Shown piece after piece: positions 24,732 to 35,783 of a stretch of DNA of 64,000 nucleotides. This stretch comes from Azolla caroliniana (Eukaryota > Plantae > Polypodiophyta). Under the pieces are notes generated by a model. It made no database searches. It worked only from the letters and a program-made list of their open reading frames with translations, and was not told the origin of the DNA. Made by a program: the position numbers and the translations under genes. The stretch lies in NCBI GenBank assembly GCA_043228905.1, contig JBHGNT010000001.1:35278001-35342000 (forward strand), in the 5' to 3' direction. How positions within the stretch are numbered: position 1 is the first letter of the stretch; each line of letters opens with the position of its first letter.

Positions 24732-26389
24732 TTAAGGAAGCTTAGATATGCCACCTTGAACCTCCTCCTTTGTGTGATTATGGAAATGCAAAGAATCACT
24801 AGCATTCACAAAGTCGTTGAATGGATTGAAGCCAAAATAGGATTCAAATGTGTCCATTTCACTAGTGAAACTTGTATCGGTTCCTTCGAAACATGTTCCA
24901 TCTGCTAAGAACTCCTCCGAAAAACTCAAGGAAGCATTTGTTGGTAGGTTGGTACTCATCATGATGTTGTCATGGGAAATATTGGGTAACTCCACAATTG
25001 GTTCCAATGAGTTCTCCACTCCATCATCTCTACATTGAACCAATTGTTCTTCATTTTGTTGATCACATTTGGTAATGTCTGGGATGAGACAAAGCAATAT
25101 TAAAAATATGGGGTCATATTCACAAACATTACTCACAAATAAATACCTTGCATAGCTATGATTATATGTACATACAATTGTACCAAGATATGTGGACATT
25201 AATAGATTGACGATGAAACGTATGATGAAGACGAACTTGCTCACACTAATTAAACCCTAGACATGTCTAGACCCGAAGCCCTAGTATGAAGAGACCCCAC
25301 ACTAATACACATATACAATCAAAACTGCCTAATGGTGGAAGAGATTGAAGTCTAGATATACATATTATATATGGATAGAGAGAGATATAGACAGAGATAC
25401 TTCACTCAACTTGGTTGTGATGACTTCCTATTGTATGGGCATGCTTATGGGATAAATTACCACTACTTTAATGTGTAGTTAATGATGATATTAATTAATA
25501 GGATGATAAGTATCATATACAAGGTGATAAAAACATGAGGTAATTCGAGAAAGTTCAGATAGAGAAAGATCTTGAAATTACCAGATTGTTCGAATTCTAA
25601 TTTACAGTGATCTTCTAATGCATCATGAGCTGCAATCGCCACCGGAGGAAGTAGTCCACCGAGATGTGGTGAGGGTGTTGCAAATTGGGTCATGAAATTT
25701 CTAGGGTTGTAGTGGGGGTAACTAGGACTAGTATAAGTGAAAGGGGGCTTACTAATGTCCTGGTCAATATGTGAGGAGTGTTGATTGATGGGGTGGGTTA
25801 TCACATCATCGTGACCATGGAGACTAGGACATTGAATACTGTTGACAAAAGGTTGGTCCATGTAGCTAGTAGGGTCGATACACTCGACGAGACGACTGCT
25901 AAAACCTTTCTGACAATCGAAGCAAGAGCACGAAGAAGGGTTCATCATGGCAACTCTCTCCTGGGGTGATATAGTGAGGCCAGTGTCCATGGTTTTTACT
26001 CCGTTAAAGAACATACGTTTGTTGGTGATTTTTGATGGCCTAGGTGTACTACTAGTAGAGTTGCTAGTGTCAGGGACATTGACAACTTTGGATATCAATG
26101 GATTGGGACACGAAGAAGACGATGACGAAGACGAAGACGAAGAGTTCTTCATGGAAGACAAATTGACGAGGGAGGCTTGCAATATGGTCTTCTGGAGGAC
26201 AGGGTTCATTTTCCGATGGAATTCGTAGATGTTTCCGTCTTCTGCTTGGATGACAAGGTGGACACCACACCCTGATATGTATGCAAGCTGGTATAGCTTC
26301 TTCAATATTCCTCTATTCCTCTTGTTGAAGCAATCTTTCCTGCTCCCCTTCTTCTCTATGAGGACATTCTCAAGCTTCCCATGGCCCAT
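24732..26389 (-). CDS. Divergent MADS-domain transcription factor (type I-like, no K domain seen), two exons
   Basis: N-terminus MGHGKLENVLIEKKGSRKDCFNKRNRGILKKLYQLAYISGCGVHLVIQAEDGNIYEF aligns with the MADS consensus. Exon 1 26389-25582 (G|GTAAT) joins in phase to exon 2 25078-24732 (CCCAG|AC), giving an acidic C-terminus. Confidence 0.75.
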
Positions 26390-26399
26390 GACTCTTTTC

Positions 26400-26413
26400 T
26401 TTCTTCCTTCTTC

Positions 26414-26457
<44 letters not shown>

Positions 26458-26465
26458 TTCTTCTT
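26400..26465. repeat. (CTT)n microsatellite immediately upstream of the MADS ATG
   Basis: Directly visible CTT run. Confidence 0.9.
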
Positions 26466-26667
26466 TCATCCTTCTCTCGCTTTTTCTTTTGCTTTCTTGC
26501 TTTCTTGTTCTGTATTGCGTTTATTTGTTGTACTAAGTGTACAATACAGGTCGCTTACTTTTTCTCTCAAGTAAAAGCACAAAAAGCACAATACAGGTCG
26601 CTTATCTTTTTCTCTCAAGTAAAAAATAAAAGCACAAAAAGAGAAAGCTTTCTTTGCTTTTCTTCTG

Positions 26668-26860
26668 ATTTACCCACCAACATGCTCCTTTACTTCACTA
26701 CATCCAAACTCGTGGTCTCTTCATCCTCCTGTATAGGTTCCAAACCTCCTAAACTTCCTTCATTATCTTACTCTACTACCGATATTACTACTATTCATGC
26801 TGCTTGTAACGCCACTAATTCTCGCAATGGTCCCCCTTTTCCATCCACCACTTATAATTC
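26668..26860 (+). pseudogene. Duplicated fragment of the NCED 5' coding region (transit peptide)
   Basis: Reads [61 protein letters not shown] and matches 11639-11893 at DNA level. Confidence 0.92.
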
Positions 26861-26949
26861 AATGTTAAAATTACTGAATTTTATTACAGATGTCTATTAC
26901 CATGGGAACCAGAAAAAGGAAGAGCATACTAGCAATCAGATCTTGCCTC

Positions 26950-27660
26950 ATCTCTCCAAAACGTGAAAGCCTCATCATCATCCTTGAAAACGATCGCCCA
27001 TAACCAATCAACAGGCAGCTGAAATCTGCAAAAAACATGAAGTGCAAATTGCAGTTTGACAAGAACAAATCTGCCGAATGACTTATTTACTGGGATCTCA
27101 GAAAATAAAAATTGGCCCAATATATCCATGCAATTACTCCTTAGTTGAAAGTTCACATGCCCACTTCATTGCATCTCTCCTTCAATTGCTTAAAATAAAC
27201 TCTAGGGAAAATTAATTTTGAAACAGGCATTTAAAAAGAAAATAAACCAAAATAATAGTCTGCATACATGCCTTCCTTCAAATTTGAATCCCCTCACTAA
27301 TCATGTTGGAACAAGAGTCATGCCCAAAATTGTGAATAAGAAACCATGGCCACACTAATTCTCAATCGGGCATTTTTCCATAAAATATGAAAATGTGTTA
27401 TGACATAATCATCCAGAATTTTCTCCAACATCATACCTGACCAAGAAGTATCGGTTTAAAATGCAGCATGCCAGCTATTGTAAGAAGAACAGTTGGCTAT
27501 TCTGGTACAAGTCATGAACTGGGAAAGATTTTATGATTTTGAGCAGCATAGAACTCCAAAAACAGCCTTCTTATGGCATCACCAGTAATAAATGGATCTA
27601 GCTGTAGTTTCTTCTCCGTTTTCTCTCGCTTGGCCGTCTCAGCAATAGCTAACAGGCCCG
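26950..27660 (-). pseudogene. Organellar (plastid/mitochondrial-type) alanyl-tRNA synthetase pseudogene fragment
   Basis: Minus strand 27583-27437 reads [47 protein letters not shown] with two in-frame stops and a GT donor. ~27200-27138 gives YFK..RDAMKWACELSTKE, and ~27025-26948 gives FQLPVDWLWAIVFKDDDEAFTFWRDE. All match the AlaRS N-terminal catalytic domain. The CIRTND..HHTFFEMLGNFSFG segment is missing. Confidence 0.88.
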
Positions 27661-28689
27661 AGAAATAATAGTTATCACAACAAAACCATTAAAAACCAAA
27701 TTTCCGAGTATTATCTACGAAAATCTATGATTCAAGTTCCATCTATCATGGAATTATCAAACTTGATATTTCAAGACTCTCATGCTGAATGCACAAGGGA
27801 TAACGTGATTCATTTAATTTTGCACAGGGTTCCTCTATGTTGCCTGAAATTTGTCTAATCCAAACATTGGACTGAAGAGAAGAATTGACCAATTGTTTCG
27901 GACAAAAATTCCAAAACCCTATAAAAGAGTAGCCCCCACAAAGTGATTCTGAACCTACACTCAAGAATTCATCATCCCTTCGTATTTTAGAAGTAATTAT
28001 AAGATTTAGGAGCCCATTCATACTTCCTTTAGTACAGTGATACCAATGAAAAGGCAGAAGATACTGCTATGGAACGGCACCTTGGCCATGCGTAAATTTT
28101 GAGAAACCATTTTAGGCCTCAAAAAGGCATCTCAATTTTCAAATGAAATTCAATGAAGTATCCAAGGTTATAAGCAGCTATTATGTATGCATAACATAGG
28201 ACAATTATGTAAATAAAATTGATGATTGATATTCAAATTTAAAACTTCAGTGTCAATCTACTTTCAATTTCAAATGTTCTTTTACAATATTATGCCCAAA
28301 TATTTATTCAATTTCAAACTGAAAGAAACAAAATACACACTTACGTTTATTCATAATTGGCATCTATGGTTGCAAAATTGCCTAACCGTTGCAAAACATG
28401 TTCCTCACTACATCTCCAGTCATTGAGCTTGTTGGTTGTTAATCCATGCATGGAAAGGAAACTTCACTGAAATATTTCCTGAAAACTCATGAACCATATG
28501 TGATCTGATGCTGCCGACAAATTTTCCTTCACAATTATTGGTGATCAAACGAGAAATAGACATCGAACAATTCACTTCCAAATAGGAAAACAAAAACCAA
28601 AAAAGAGAAGGTCTTGCAACCCTAAACCTAAAACTCTCCCGACATACAGTGAGAGAGATTCTTGCCTTCAAGGATGAATGGTGAAGAAA

Positions 28690-28900
28690 CAGCAGCAATG
28701 GGCATCGAAGTGATGCTTATCCCCATTCCAGTCCTTAAGATTGCTTTCTGTCCGATCAACATTCTGCAGACAGTAGTGGCAGCGGGCAGCAGGGAGATAA
28801 AGGGAGCAGCAATGGAAGTGATGCTTATCCCTCATTCCATTCCTCACGATTGTTTTTTGTCTGATCAACATTCTGCAGACAGAAGTAGTGGCAGCAGCAG
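28690..28900. repeat. ~105-110 bp tandem duplication
   Basis: GCAGCAATGG..GAAGTGATGCTTATCCC..CATTCC..GATCAACATTCTGCAGACAG..TAGTGGCAGC occurs twice. Confidence 0.85.
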
Positions 28901-29162
28901 CAGTGCAGTTTAAAGAGAGGTCTCACTCTTCAACTTCTCACCTCTCTATATTATACATATTACTCCATACATATTCTCTCAATTTTAGAGATGTCATCAT
29001 CTACTAGGTACCAACTAAACTAGTGGAATGCTTTCATAACCAAATTGCTTGAGTCCGATAGATGAAGGTGGGATTTCTTTGTGTAAGGGTAAAATCAAGA
29101 AATGTGCACATTTTGCCCTAAACAAGTTCCGAGAATTTGAGTACCATATGGACCTTTTATCA

Positions 29163-29580
29163 CAATCGTTGCACAAAATTCATGTCTCTCACGATCATAG
29201 TGCGCACTCTCGATTTTGCAACATTCATCGCTAAAGTCCTTGAACATTCACAACTGCTACATATCATGTGAAAATTGTTTCTTTCTCGCAGTTCATGTTT
29301 GGCAAAGAGAATAATAAAATCTATCTCTCCCTCATATATTTCACACCATATCGTCAAAGTTATACATTTGAGAGAACCTAAGATTGATCCTCGCCATAGG
29401 CTCAATTATTAATATATCTTAGTATGTGTCTCTCATCGTCTTACATATGCATAAATATACAAAATCAAATGATCATTGACAATGTATACAAATGTCATGC
29501 AATTATCACATCAAGGGACGGATGTTTTGACAAGCCTAAAGCCTAGGTGAAAAATATATATTTTGAAAAAGGGTTTAGGG
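29163..29580. repeat. Diverged copy of NCED upstream DNA (10410-10745 joined to 11225-11280)
   Basis: Shared RTE 3' end plus shared flank (GAGAGAACCTAAG..TTGATCCT, CTCAATTATTAATAT, CATGCAATTATCACATC), then GACAAGCCTAAAGCC(C/T)AGGTGAAAAA. Confidence 0.75.
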
Positions 29581-29877
29581 TGCACCGAGCTACATAACCA
29601 TATTCTTCTTGGAATGGTAAATCACACTCATCAATACATGCTAGAGCCCATCCCTTTTGTTCCCTATCTTCACCATTGCTTCAACAGAAGTTACCCCACG
29701 ATCTCATTGATGTGAGGTGACACATTGGGGCACATGTGAGGAGACTCGCGGACTATGCATATATTTTCCTTGAATAAGTGCAAGAGTCAAAGTATTCCAC
29801 TTTGATATTGTGTGTTGCATTCAACCACCTTCAAGCTTGCTTTGCAAACATTGTCAATTGAGTCCACTTCCTACACA

Positions 29878-30190
29878 TATTCCTCTCACAATCACAATGT
29901 GAACTCTTGATTGCAACATTTATTAGTAAAGTTCTTGAACATCGAGAGTTACTACTCAAATTTCACACATACTACATAAAGATTATTCAAATTTGGTCCC
30001 ACAAGGCATATTTGATCTCACAAGTCGATAACACATTCCTCTCACAATCACAATGTGAACTCTTGATTGCAACATTTATTAGTAAAGTTCTTGAACATCA
30101 AGAGTTACTACTCAAATTTCACACATACTATGTAAAGATGATTTAGATTGGTCCCACATGGCATATTTGACCTCACAAGACGATAATAAA
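29878..30190. repeat. ~157 bp tandem duplication within an RTE 3' remnant
   Basis: ATTCCTCTCACAATCACAATGTGAACTCTTGATTGCAACATTTATTAGTAAAGTTCTTGAACATC occurs twice. It is single-copy in the paralogous block near 21.9 kb. Confidence 0.9.
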
Positions 30191-31391
30191 ATCTATCATT
30201 CAACCATGATGCAATAGATACCACCAAAATCATGTTAGGGGCATGAATTGTCACTAATATAAAAAAAATTAGGCATTGTTGTAGAAAACCAAGTAATGAT
30301 TCAATCACCTTGCCATAAAACAAAAACTACTAACATAAGCAAGAACTTTATAATGGGATGGAACTCCTTCATCAAGATGACTCATTGTACTTGGGTTTCA
30401 ATACAATGCAACACTCGTGAACTATATAGTATCACAAGAGCTATATGGTTCCTTCGGAATCTATAAGAAGCCATAGCCTTGCTTGAAGATTCAGGTTGTT
30501 AAAAATGGAAAGGGGAACAATGATTTAAATGCTCAAAAATGGTTAGCCTGTTAAAATGAACAAGAAATTTTGGATACCCAAGCCAAATCAAATCATCTAC
30601 AATGTTTGGGGCAATACAATCTTCTTGTGTTTGAAAATAGAAAATAAAAGTTGCAAACTTGCAAATTAAAAAGAAAAAATGGTTGTTGACTCTCTTGTTG
30701 AGTCTCGAACTTCGGAAAAAACTGCCTACATTAGGCTGTGTATCTTTTCTATTTTAGACAAGAAAAATCACCATTACTGGTGTAAGCTAAATCCTTAAGA
30801 CGGCTTCAACTACACTGACTATGATTTGTTTGACAATCGATTCATAAACTTGATTTTCAAGGAGAAACCAACTGCAGTGAACTCTTATAGGCTAGCTTTT
30901 AACATTATTCTTTTACAGATACCACTGAGCATTTTCAGCGTAATTATGATTCATAATGGAAATCTTGTAGCAAAAATATAGCATTGTGGAATAACCACAA
31001 GCAATTGAAAACATATGCATTTATGTCTAGTGTGCAGCAAGCACGTCTTAGTATTCAACTCTGGGATTCCATCACCTTATGCTTGGGATACATCTTTGTT
31101 GTTCTTTTGTCCTGATTCTCACTTCTTTATTCATCATGTCAAGGGTTTTCAGAGTTTGAACATGTATCTTAGTATATGAACACGTGCCTGAACACAAATA
31201 AGAAATATAAACACAATTATTATAGATACAAGTGCTGGTTTGATCCCTCCTTGACCCGACTCTTCCAGAAAGTATTCAATTCCATTTCTGGTTTTTAAAA
31301 GACCACAATCTCATAGTGCATATGTCGCTCAAAACCAAAACATTTCATAGAATAATCATAAAATTTCCCTTCTAACACATTTTTTAATGAT

Positions 31392-34328
31392 TTATAGAAA
31401 AACTTCTCCCTCTTCCATCCATGTCAACAGTCGGGCCGCCTGTTTGTCTTGTCCAGCTTTTTTGAGAGCCGAAACCAAACAGTTGTAAGTAATTACATCT
31501 GGCACAAAACCTGCCTTTTGCATTTCCATAAATAGCTTCATCGCTTCTTCAAGCATCTCAGCATTTCCATATGCATAAATCAAAGTATTATAAGTGTAGC
31601 TATCCCACTTTACACCCTCCTCTTGTTCAAGCTTCTTTAAGACTTCTAATACATCCTCTATCATACCCTCTTGTCCATAGATCTTAAGAAGTGTATTATA
31701 TGTGGCAAGGTTAGGACTACATCCTACCATTTTCATTCGTGAAAATGTGTTTTCCATCTTATCAATCTGTCCTGACATGCCATATGTGTCGAGCATCGAG
31801 TTATAGGCATCTCGGCATCCTTGAAAGCCTTGGTTTCGCATCTCTACAAAAAGAGCCTCCATTTTATCAAATTCCTTGCTCTTTCCATAGGCATCAATCA
31901 TGGTACTGAAGGAAATACAATCATGGACTCTTTGCTTTTGTGCCAATCTTAGCACAAAATGTGCCTTTTCAAGCATCCCAGCTTTGCCAAATATATCGAT
32001 TAATACGTTGCAGGTGATATTATTCATAGGTATATTTGCATTAACCATTTCCTCGAAAACTTTTAAGACCTCTTGTAGTGGCAACGCCCGCCCACAACAA
32101 TGTATAATCCCAGTATACATCGATTCTGTCCATATTATGTTGGACTCCACAATTCTCCAATAAACATCCACTGATTTCTTTGCTAGCCCACATTTTACAC
32201 ATACTTTGAGCATGCAAAGAAATAAGTATGAATCAGGCCTAAGGTTCTCATCTTTCATTATGAGCTCCAATACCTCTTCTGCCTTCTGTAGCAAATTCCC
32301 CCTCAAATACATGGTAAGTAACACATTATAAGCTACTGGATCCAAAACCATTTCAGATGTTCTTAAACTATCAAAAAGAGCTTCTCCTTGATCAATTTCA
32401 CCCTTGAGACCATAGATATCGATCATTGTACAAGCCGTTTTTAAAGAAGGGTTGCATATTTGTTTGAAGACATGAATCGCTTCGTCATATCGACCTCTCG
32501 ACTTACACATACACATTAAATTATGGGATAAAATCTCTTCTACTTCAGTTAATGAGCGTAAGTTATCAAAAGCTTCTAATGCTGATTCAACCATATTGCC
32601 CCTTGTATAGGTTCTGGCTAAAATACGATAACACTTTGAAGTGGGTATCCATCCAGCATCTTTCAAGTGTCTCAATGCTTCTGGTATGCCATCGAACCGG
32701 CCATATCGCTCATAAACTTTCAATAAAGAATGTAAAGTAGTTGAATCAGGAGTGCAAAAGGTGTGCCTCATGTCAGCCAGGATAGAAAATATCCTTCCAT
32801 TGTTATCCACCTTCCTATGTAAGTGAATCAATGTATTGAAATTGACTAGACTCGGTGGAAAACCACAAGATCTCATTTGGTCGTAATAAATAAGAGCTTC
32901 ATCAAGCTTTGCAGACCTTCCACATGCTCCAAGAATAGACCTAAATGAAGCTGCATTAGGCCGAAGACCATCTTTCTCTATTTGATGGAACCAAGCCCTC
33001 GCACTATAAAAATGACCCCTTTTCCCATTCACTCTGATCATTAAATTATAGGCTGAAACATGTATCTTTTCTTCCTGAGATGACTCTAACATAAATCTCA
33101 TGACTTCCTCTGCCCCATTCACGTCACCCTCCTCTACATAAGCATTGAGTTGCAAAAGGAAGAACTCAATTCCCAGATCAGGAAATATTTCCCATACTCG
33201 GTTGAAGATTTGCTTTGTTTTCTCAAATTGGCGAGCATCCGAATATAGCTTCATCATCATCAATGAAGCTCTAGAGCATTGAATTCCAACATAGATCATA
33301 GATGTATACGCAAATTCAGCTTCTTTAAGCTTTTTATGTTTCATGTAAAGAGGCATAATCAATTTGAATATGCTACGATTAGGCCGAATATTCACATTGA
33401 CCATATAATGGAACCATTTTTCCGCCCATTGGGGTGTGTCTAAACTAGAACAAATTTGAAAGAGTGAGTTAAACAACACATGAGTATGTGGTATGTGTTC
33501 TCTTAGCAATTTATCTATCAAAATCCATTCTTGTCTCTTACTAAGCACTTTGAATACCATGGCATAAATTCCACCCATGTTAGAGCCTACCTTAGAAGCA
33601 TGTTGTTGCATCCACAGACACAAATCCACCACTTTATTTGGTGATTCAAGGGCATGCAAAATTACGATGAAATCAGATGAATTTAGCTCACCAGAGAGCA
33701 CATCAGATGGAGAATCACCATTTTCTAGTGCCGATACCATCTGTGAAAGCTGGTCCTTAGAGAATCTACTAGGCAATGAGCTATTGCCTTTTCGACGACC
33801 TTTCTGATGCCTTTTTCGAGCTATTTTTTCTCCTCCAGAATTAGAACTATGACCTTCCAGGAACCCGAAATTCGTACCATTTTCATTCATTTCTGAACCC
33901 AAATCGGGAACGCTATTTCTAGGCATCATTTCTTGAATAAAAAACTGAGTATTGTTATCTATCGAGGACGACGATGAAGTTGTGGGTTCTTGAAGAGAAC
34001 AAGTAAGCTCTGTTTCTTGGTCAGTGACGATGGTATCAGGAGCTCGTACGTCTTCATTTCTACAAAGAATGCTGGCATAACCTTGTATGAGGGTATCATT
34101 AACATCGTCAATTCTCGTAGAATGAGAGAGAGTGGAAGGAACTGAGCTCAACAAAGGGGATCCAATAGAGCTGGTTCTATCTATCAACAGAAAGACCCAA
34201 TTCTTTCCATTTCTGCGAGTTCTATGAGGAGAAGATGAATTCCATCGCAGGGTTTCTGTAAAACCCAATACAGGGTCTGCACAAAGCATGTTTCCTGCGT
34301 AGACATGCATAAATACCACACCCATCAC
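31392..34328 (-). CDS. P-class pentatricopeptide repeat protein, At4g30825/BFA2-like, intronless, probably plastid-targeted
   Basis: 978 aa with ~20 tandem 35-aa PPR motifs. Distinctive segments KWFHYMV..RPN, EAEFA..M..GIQC, IW..MY..II.CC.RALPL.E....F.EM and the terminal L.WM resemble At4g30825. No E/DYW domain. Confidence 0.9.
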   Translation of the reverse strand: MMGVVFMHVYAGNMLCADPVLGFTETLRWNSSSPHRTRRNGKNWVFLLIDRTSSIGSPLLSSVPSTLSHSTRIDDVNDTLIQGYASILCRNEDVRAPDTIVTDQETELTCSLQEPTTSSSSSIDNNTQFFIQEMMPRNSVPDLGSEMNENGTNFGFLEGHSSNSGGEKIARKRHQKGRRKGNSSLPSRFSKDQLSQMVSALENGDSPSDVLSGELNSSDFIVILHALESPNKVVDLCLWMQQHASKVGSNMGGIYAMVFKVLSKRQEWILIDKLLREHIPHTHVLFNSLFQICSSLDTPQWAEKWFHYMVNVNIRPNRSIFKLIMPLYMKHKKLKEAEFAYTSMIYVGIQCSRASLMMMKLYSDARQFEKTKQIFNRVWEIFPDLGIEFFLLQLNAYVEEGDVNGAEEVMRFMLESSQEEKIHVSAYNLMIRVNGKRGHFYSARAWFHQIEKDGLRPNAASFRSILGACGRSAKLDEALIYYDQMRSCGFPPSLVNFNTLIHLHRKVDNNGRIFSILADMRHTFCTPDSTTLHSLLKVYERYGRFDGIPEALRHLKDAGWIPTSKCYRILARTYTRGNMVESALEAFDNLRSLTEVEEILSHNLMCMCKSRGRYDEAIHVFKQICNPSLKTACTMIDIYGLKGEIDQGEALFDSLRTSEMVLDPVAYNVLLTMYLRGNLLQKAEEVLELIMKDENLRPDSYLFLCMLKVCVKCGLAKKSVDVYWRIVESNIIWTESMYTGIIHCCGRALPLQEVLKVFEEMVNANIPMNNITCNVLIDIFGKAGMLEKAHFVLRLAQKQRVHDCISFSTMIDAYGKSKEFDKMEALFVEMRNQGFQGCRDAYNSMLDTYGMSGQIDKMENTFSRMKMVGCSPNLATYNTLLKIYGQEGMIEDVLEVLKKLEQEEGVKWDSYTYNTLIYAYGNAEMLEEAMKLFMEMQKAGFVPDVITYNCLVSALKKAGQDKQAARLLTWMEEGEVFL

Positions 34329-35710
34329 ATGATAAGCCCATGGATTGACAAAGAAGAGAAGGAGGAGAGAAAGGCTATCTAGAATCTAGATGATTCATGT
34401 GTGTAGTAGCTTTAGCTTTCAGAAGGGGGGTTTTGTGAGGTAACTTCTCTTGGTTACTCCCATGAAGACATAACAAGATCTGGGTTGGGTTCGAGTCTAT
34501 GGAGTGTCCGAGTACTCACGATAATTTTCCCGCATAGTTTCTCCCTCTTTCTCTTTTGTTATTTCATTCCGTTCAGATTAAAATCCCAAAATCAGATTTA
34601 ACATAGTAAGCTCATTAACTTACAAGTTACAAACATATCTATTATGTACAGAGGCCACCACGTCAATATCAATACAACAATGCCCTTTCGATCACAAAAA
34701 ATGCAACAAATCTTGTAGCATAACATGAATAGAACGACAACTTCTTCATTAGTGCACCTGAACTAGATGTTAGTATTGACAATCATTGAAATGTTTTCAA
34801 CTTAGAAAATGGCACTTGTTACCATGTGTTACAAACTCTTCAGATTTAAAAAAAAACATCATCAAAGGCGATGATTTCTCATAAAAGTAGCTCCTATGAA
34901 TTGACAATATAACCAATGTAATGAGCCTCAATTTATAGATCATAATACCAATTTTCATAGTTCGAATTTTGACAAAGATTGCTTGTTGATTTCGATCATC
35001 AAATAAATACATCGAGTAATGATGTTAATTAGGATAGAGATTAAAATCAGGATTACATATTCAAAGGTTTCCATTCATTAGATTTGACACTACTATTTGA
35101 TGTTTCATAAAAGAGATCTATTTTTTAATGTATATAAATACTAAAATAACGAGAAACACTTTAGTCTCAACCAAAACTCATGGCTTGGCTTTCTTTTTAT
35201 TAGTAGCATTTTTATGACCAATGGGAACTTCAATGTGAGGTGAAAACCTACAAAGAACGAAAAGAAATGCATAAAATATTGACTAGACACCAAAGTTTTC
35301 GGAAACACTCAAACGAAAAAGTTTTAATTTCAAGTGGGATGTTGTTGAATTGTAGACAATCAAATAGAGGCCATAATGGAAGCAAAACACACAAGGTATT
35401 AAGCAAACAATATAAAGTCTACATGGAAAACCACATTATAACCAAGGGTGGGAAAGATTTGAAATTTTGCCAAGACAATAAAATAAAACCTATATTGCAA
35501 GCAAAAGCATACAAGGTATCAAAGAACAATCTCAAGTCCACATTGGAAACAAAATATAATCATTATATAAACAACGTATATTTAGAGAAAAGGGCAAGGG
35601 AAGATGGAATAATGACGTATGGTGAGTTCTAGATATAAACTTGGGGTATTTTACCAAAAAAGTGTAGTTATACTAGAACTTATAAAAAAAACTATTTCCA
35701 TTCACACGAA

Positions 35711-35783
35711 GGGGATGTAGCTCAAATGGTAGAGCGATCGCTTTGCATGCGATAGGTAGCGGGATCGATGCCCGTCATCTCCA
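35711..35783 (+). tRNA. tRNA-Ala(UGC)
   Basis: 73 nt cloverleaf: acceptor GGGGATG/CATCTCC with G3:U70, D stem GCTC/GAGC, anticodon stem ATCGC/GCGAT with loop TT-TGC-AT, T stem GCGGG/CCCGT. TATAAA about 30 nt upstream and T-runs downstream. Confidence 0.96.

Noticed and set aside
26229-26966. 245 aa plus-strand ORF fusing poly-Leu to NCED transit-peptide sequence
   Set aside because: It is assembled from antisense MADS sequence, a (CTT)n run and the NCED fragment. No evidence that it is a real gene.
27490-27520. AlaRS in-frame stops as RNA-editing or readthrough sites
   Set aside because: This is a nuclear intron-containing locus. U-to-C editing would give Arg/Gln rather than the conserved Ser/Asp, and a core motif is deleted.
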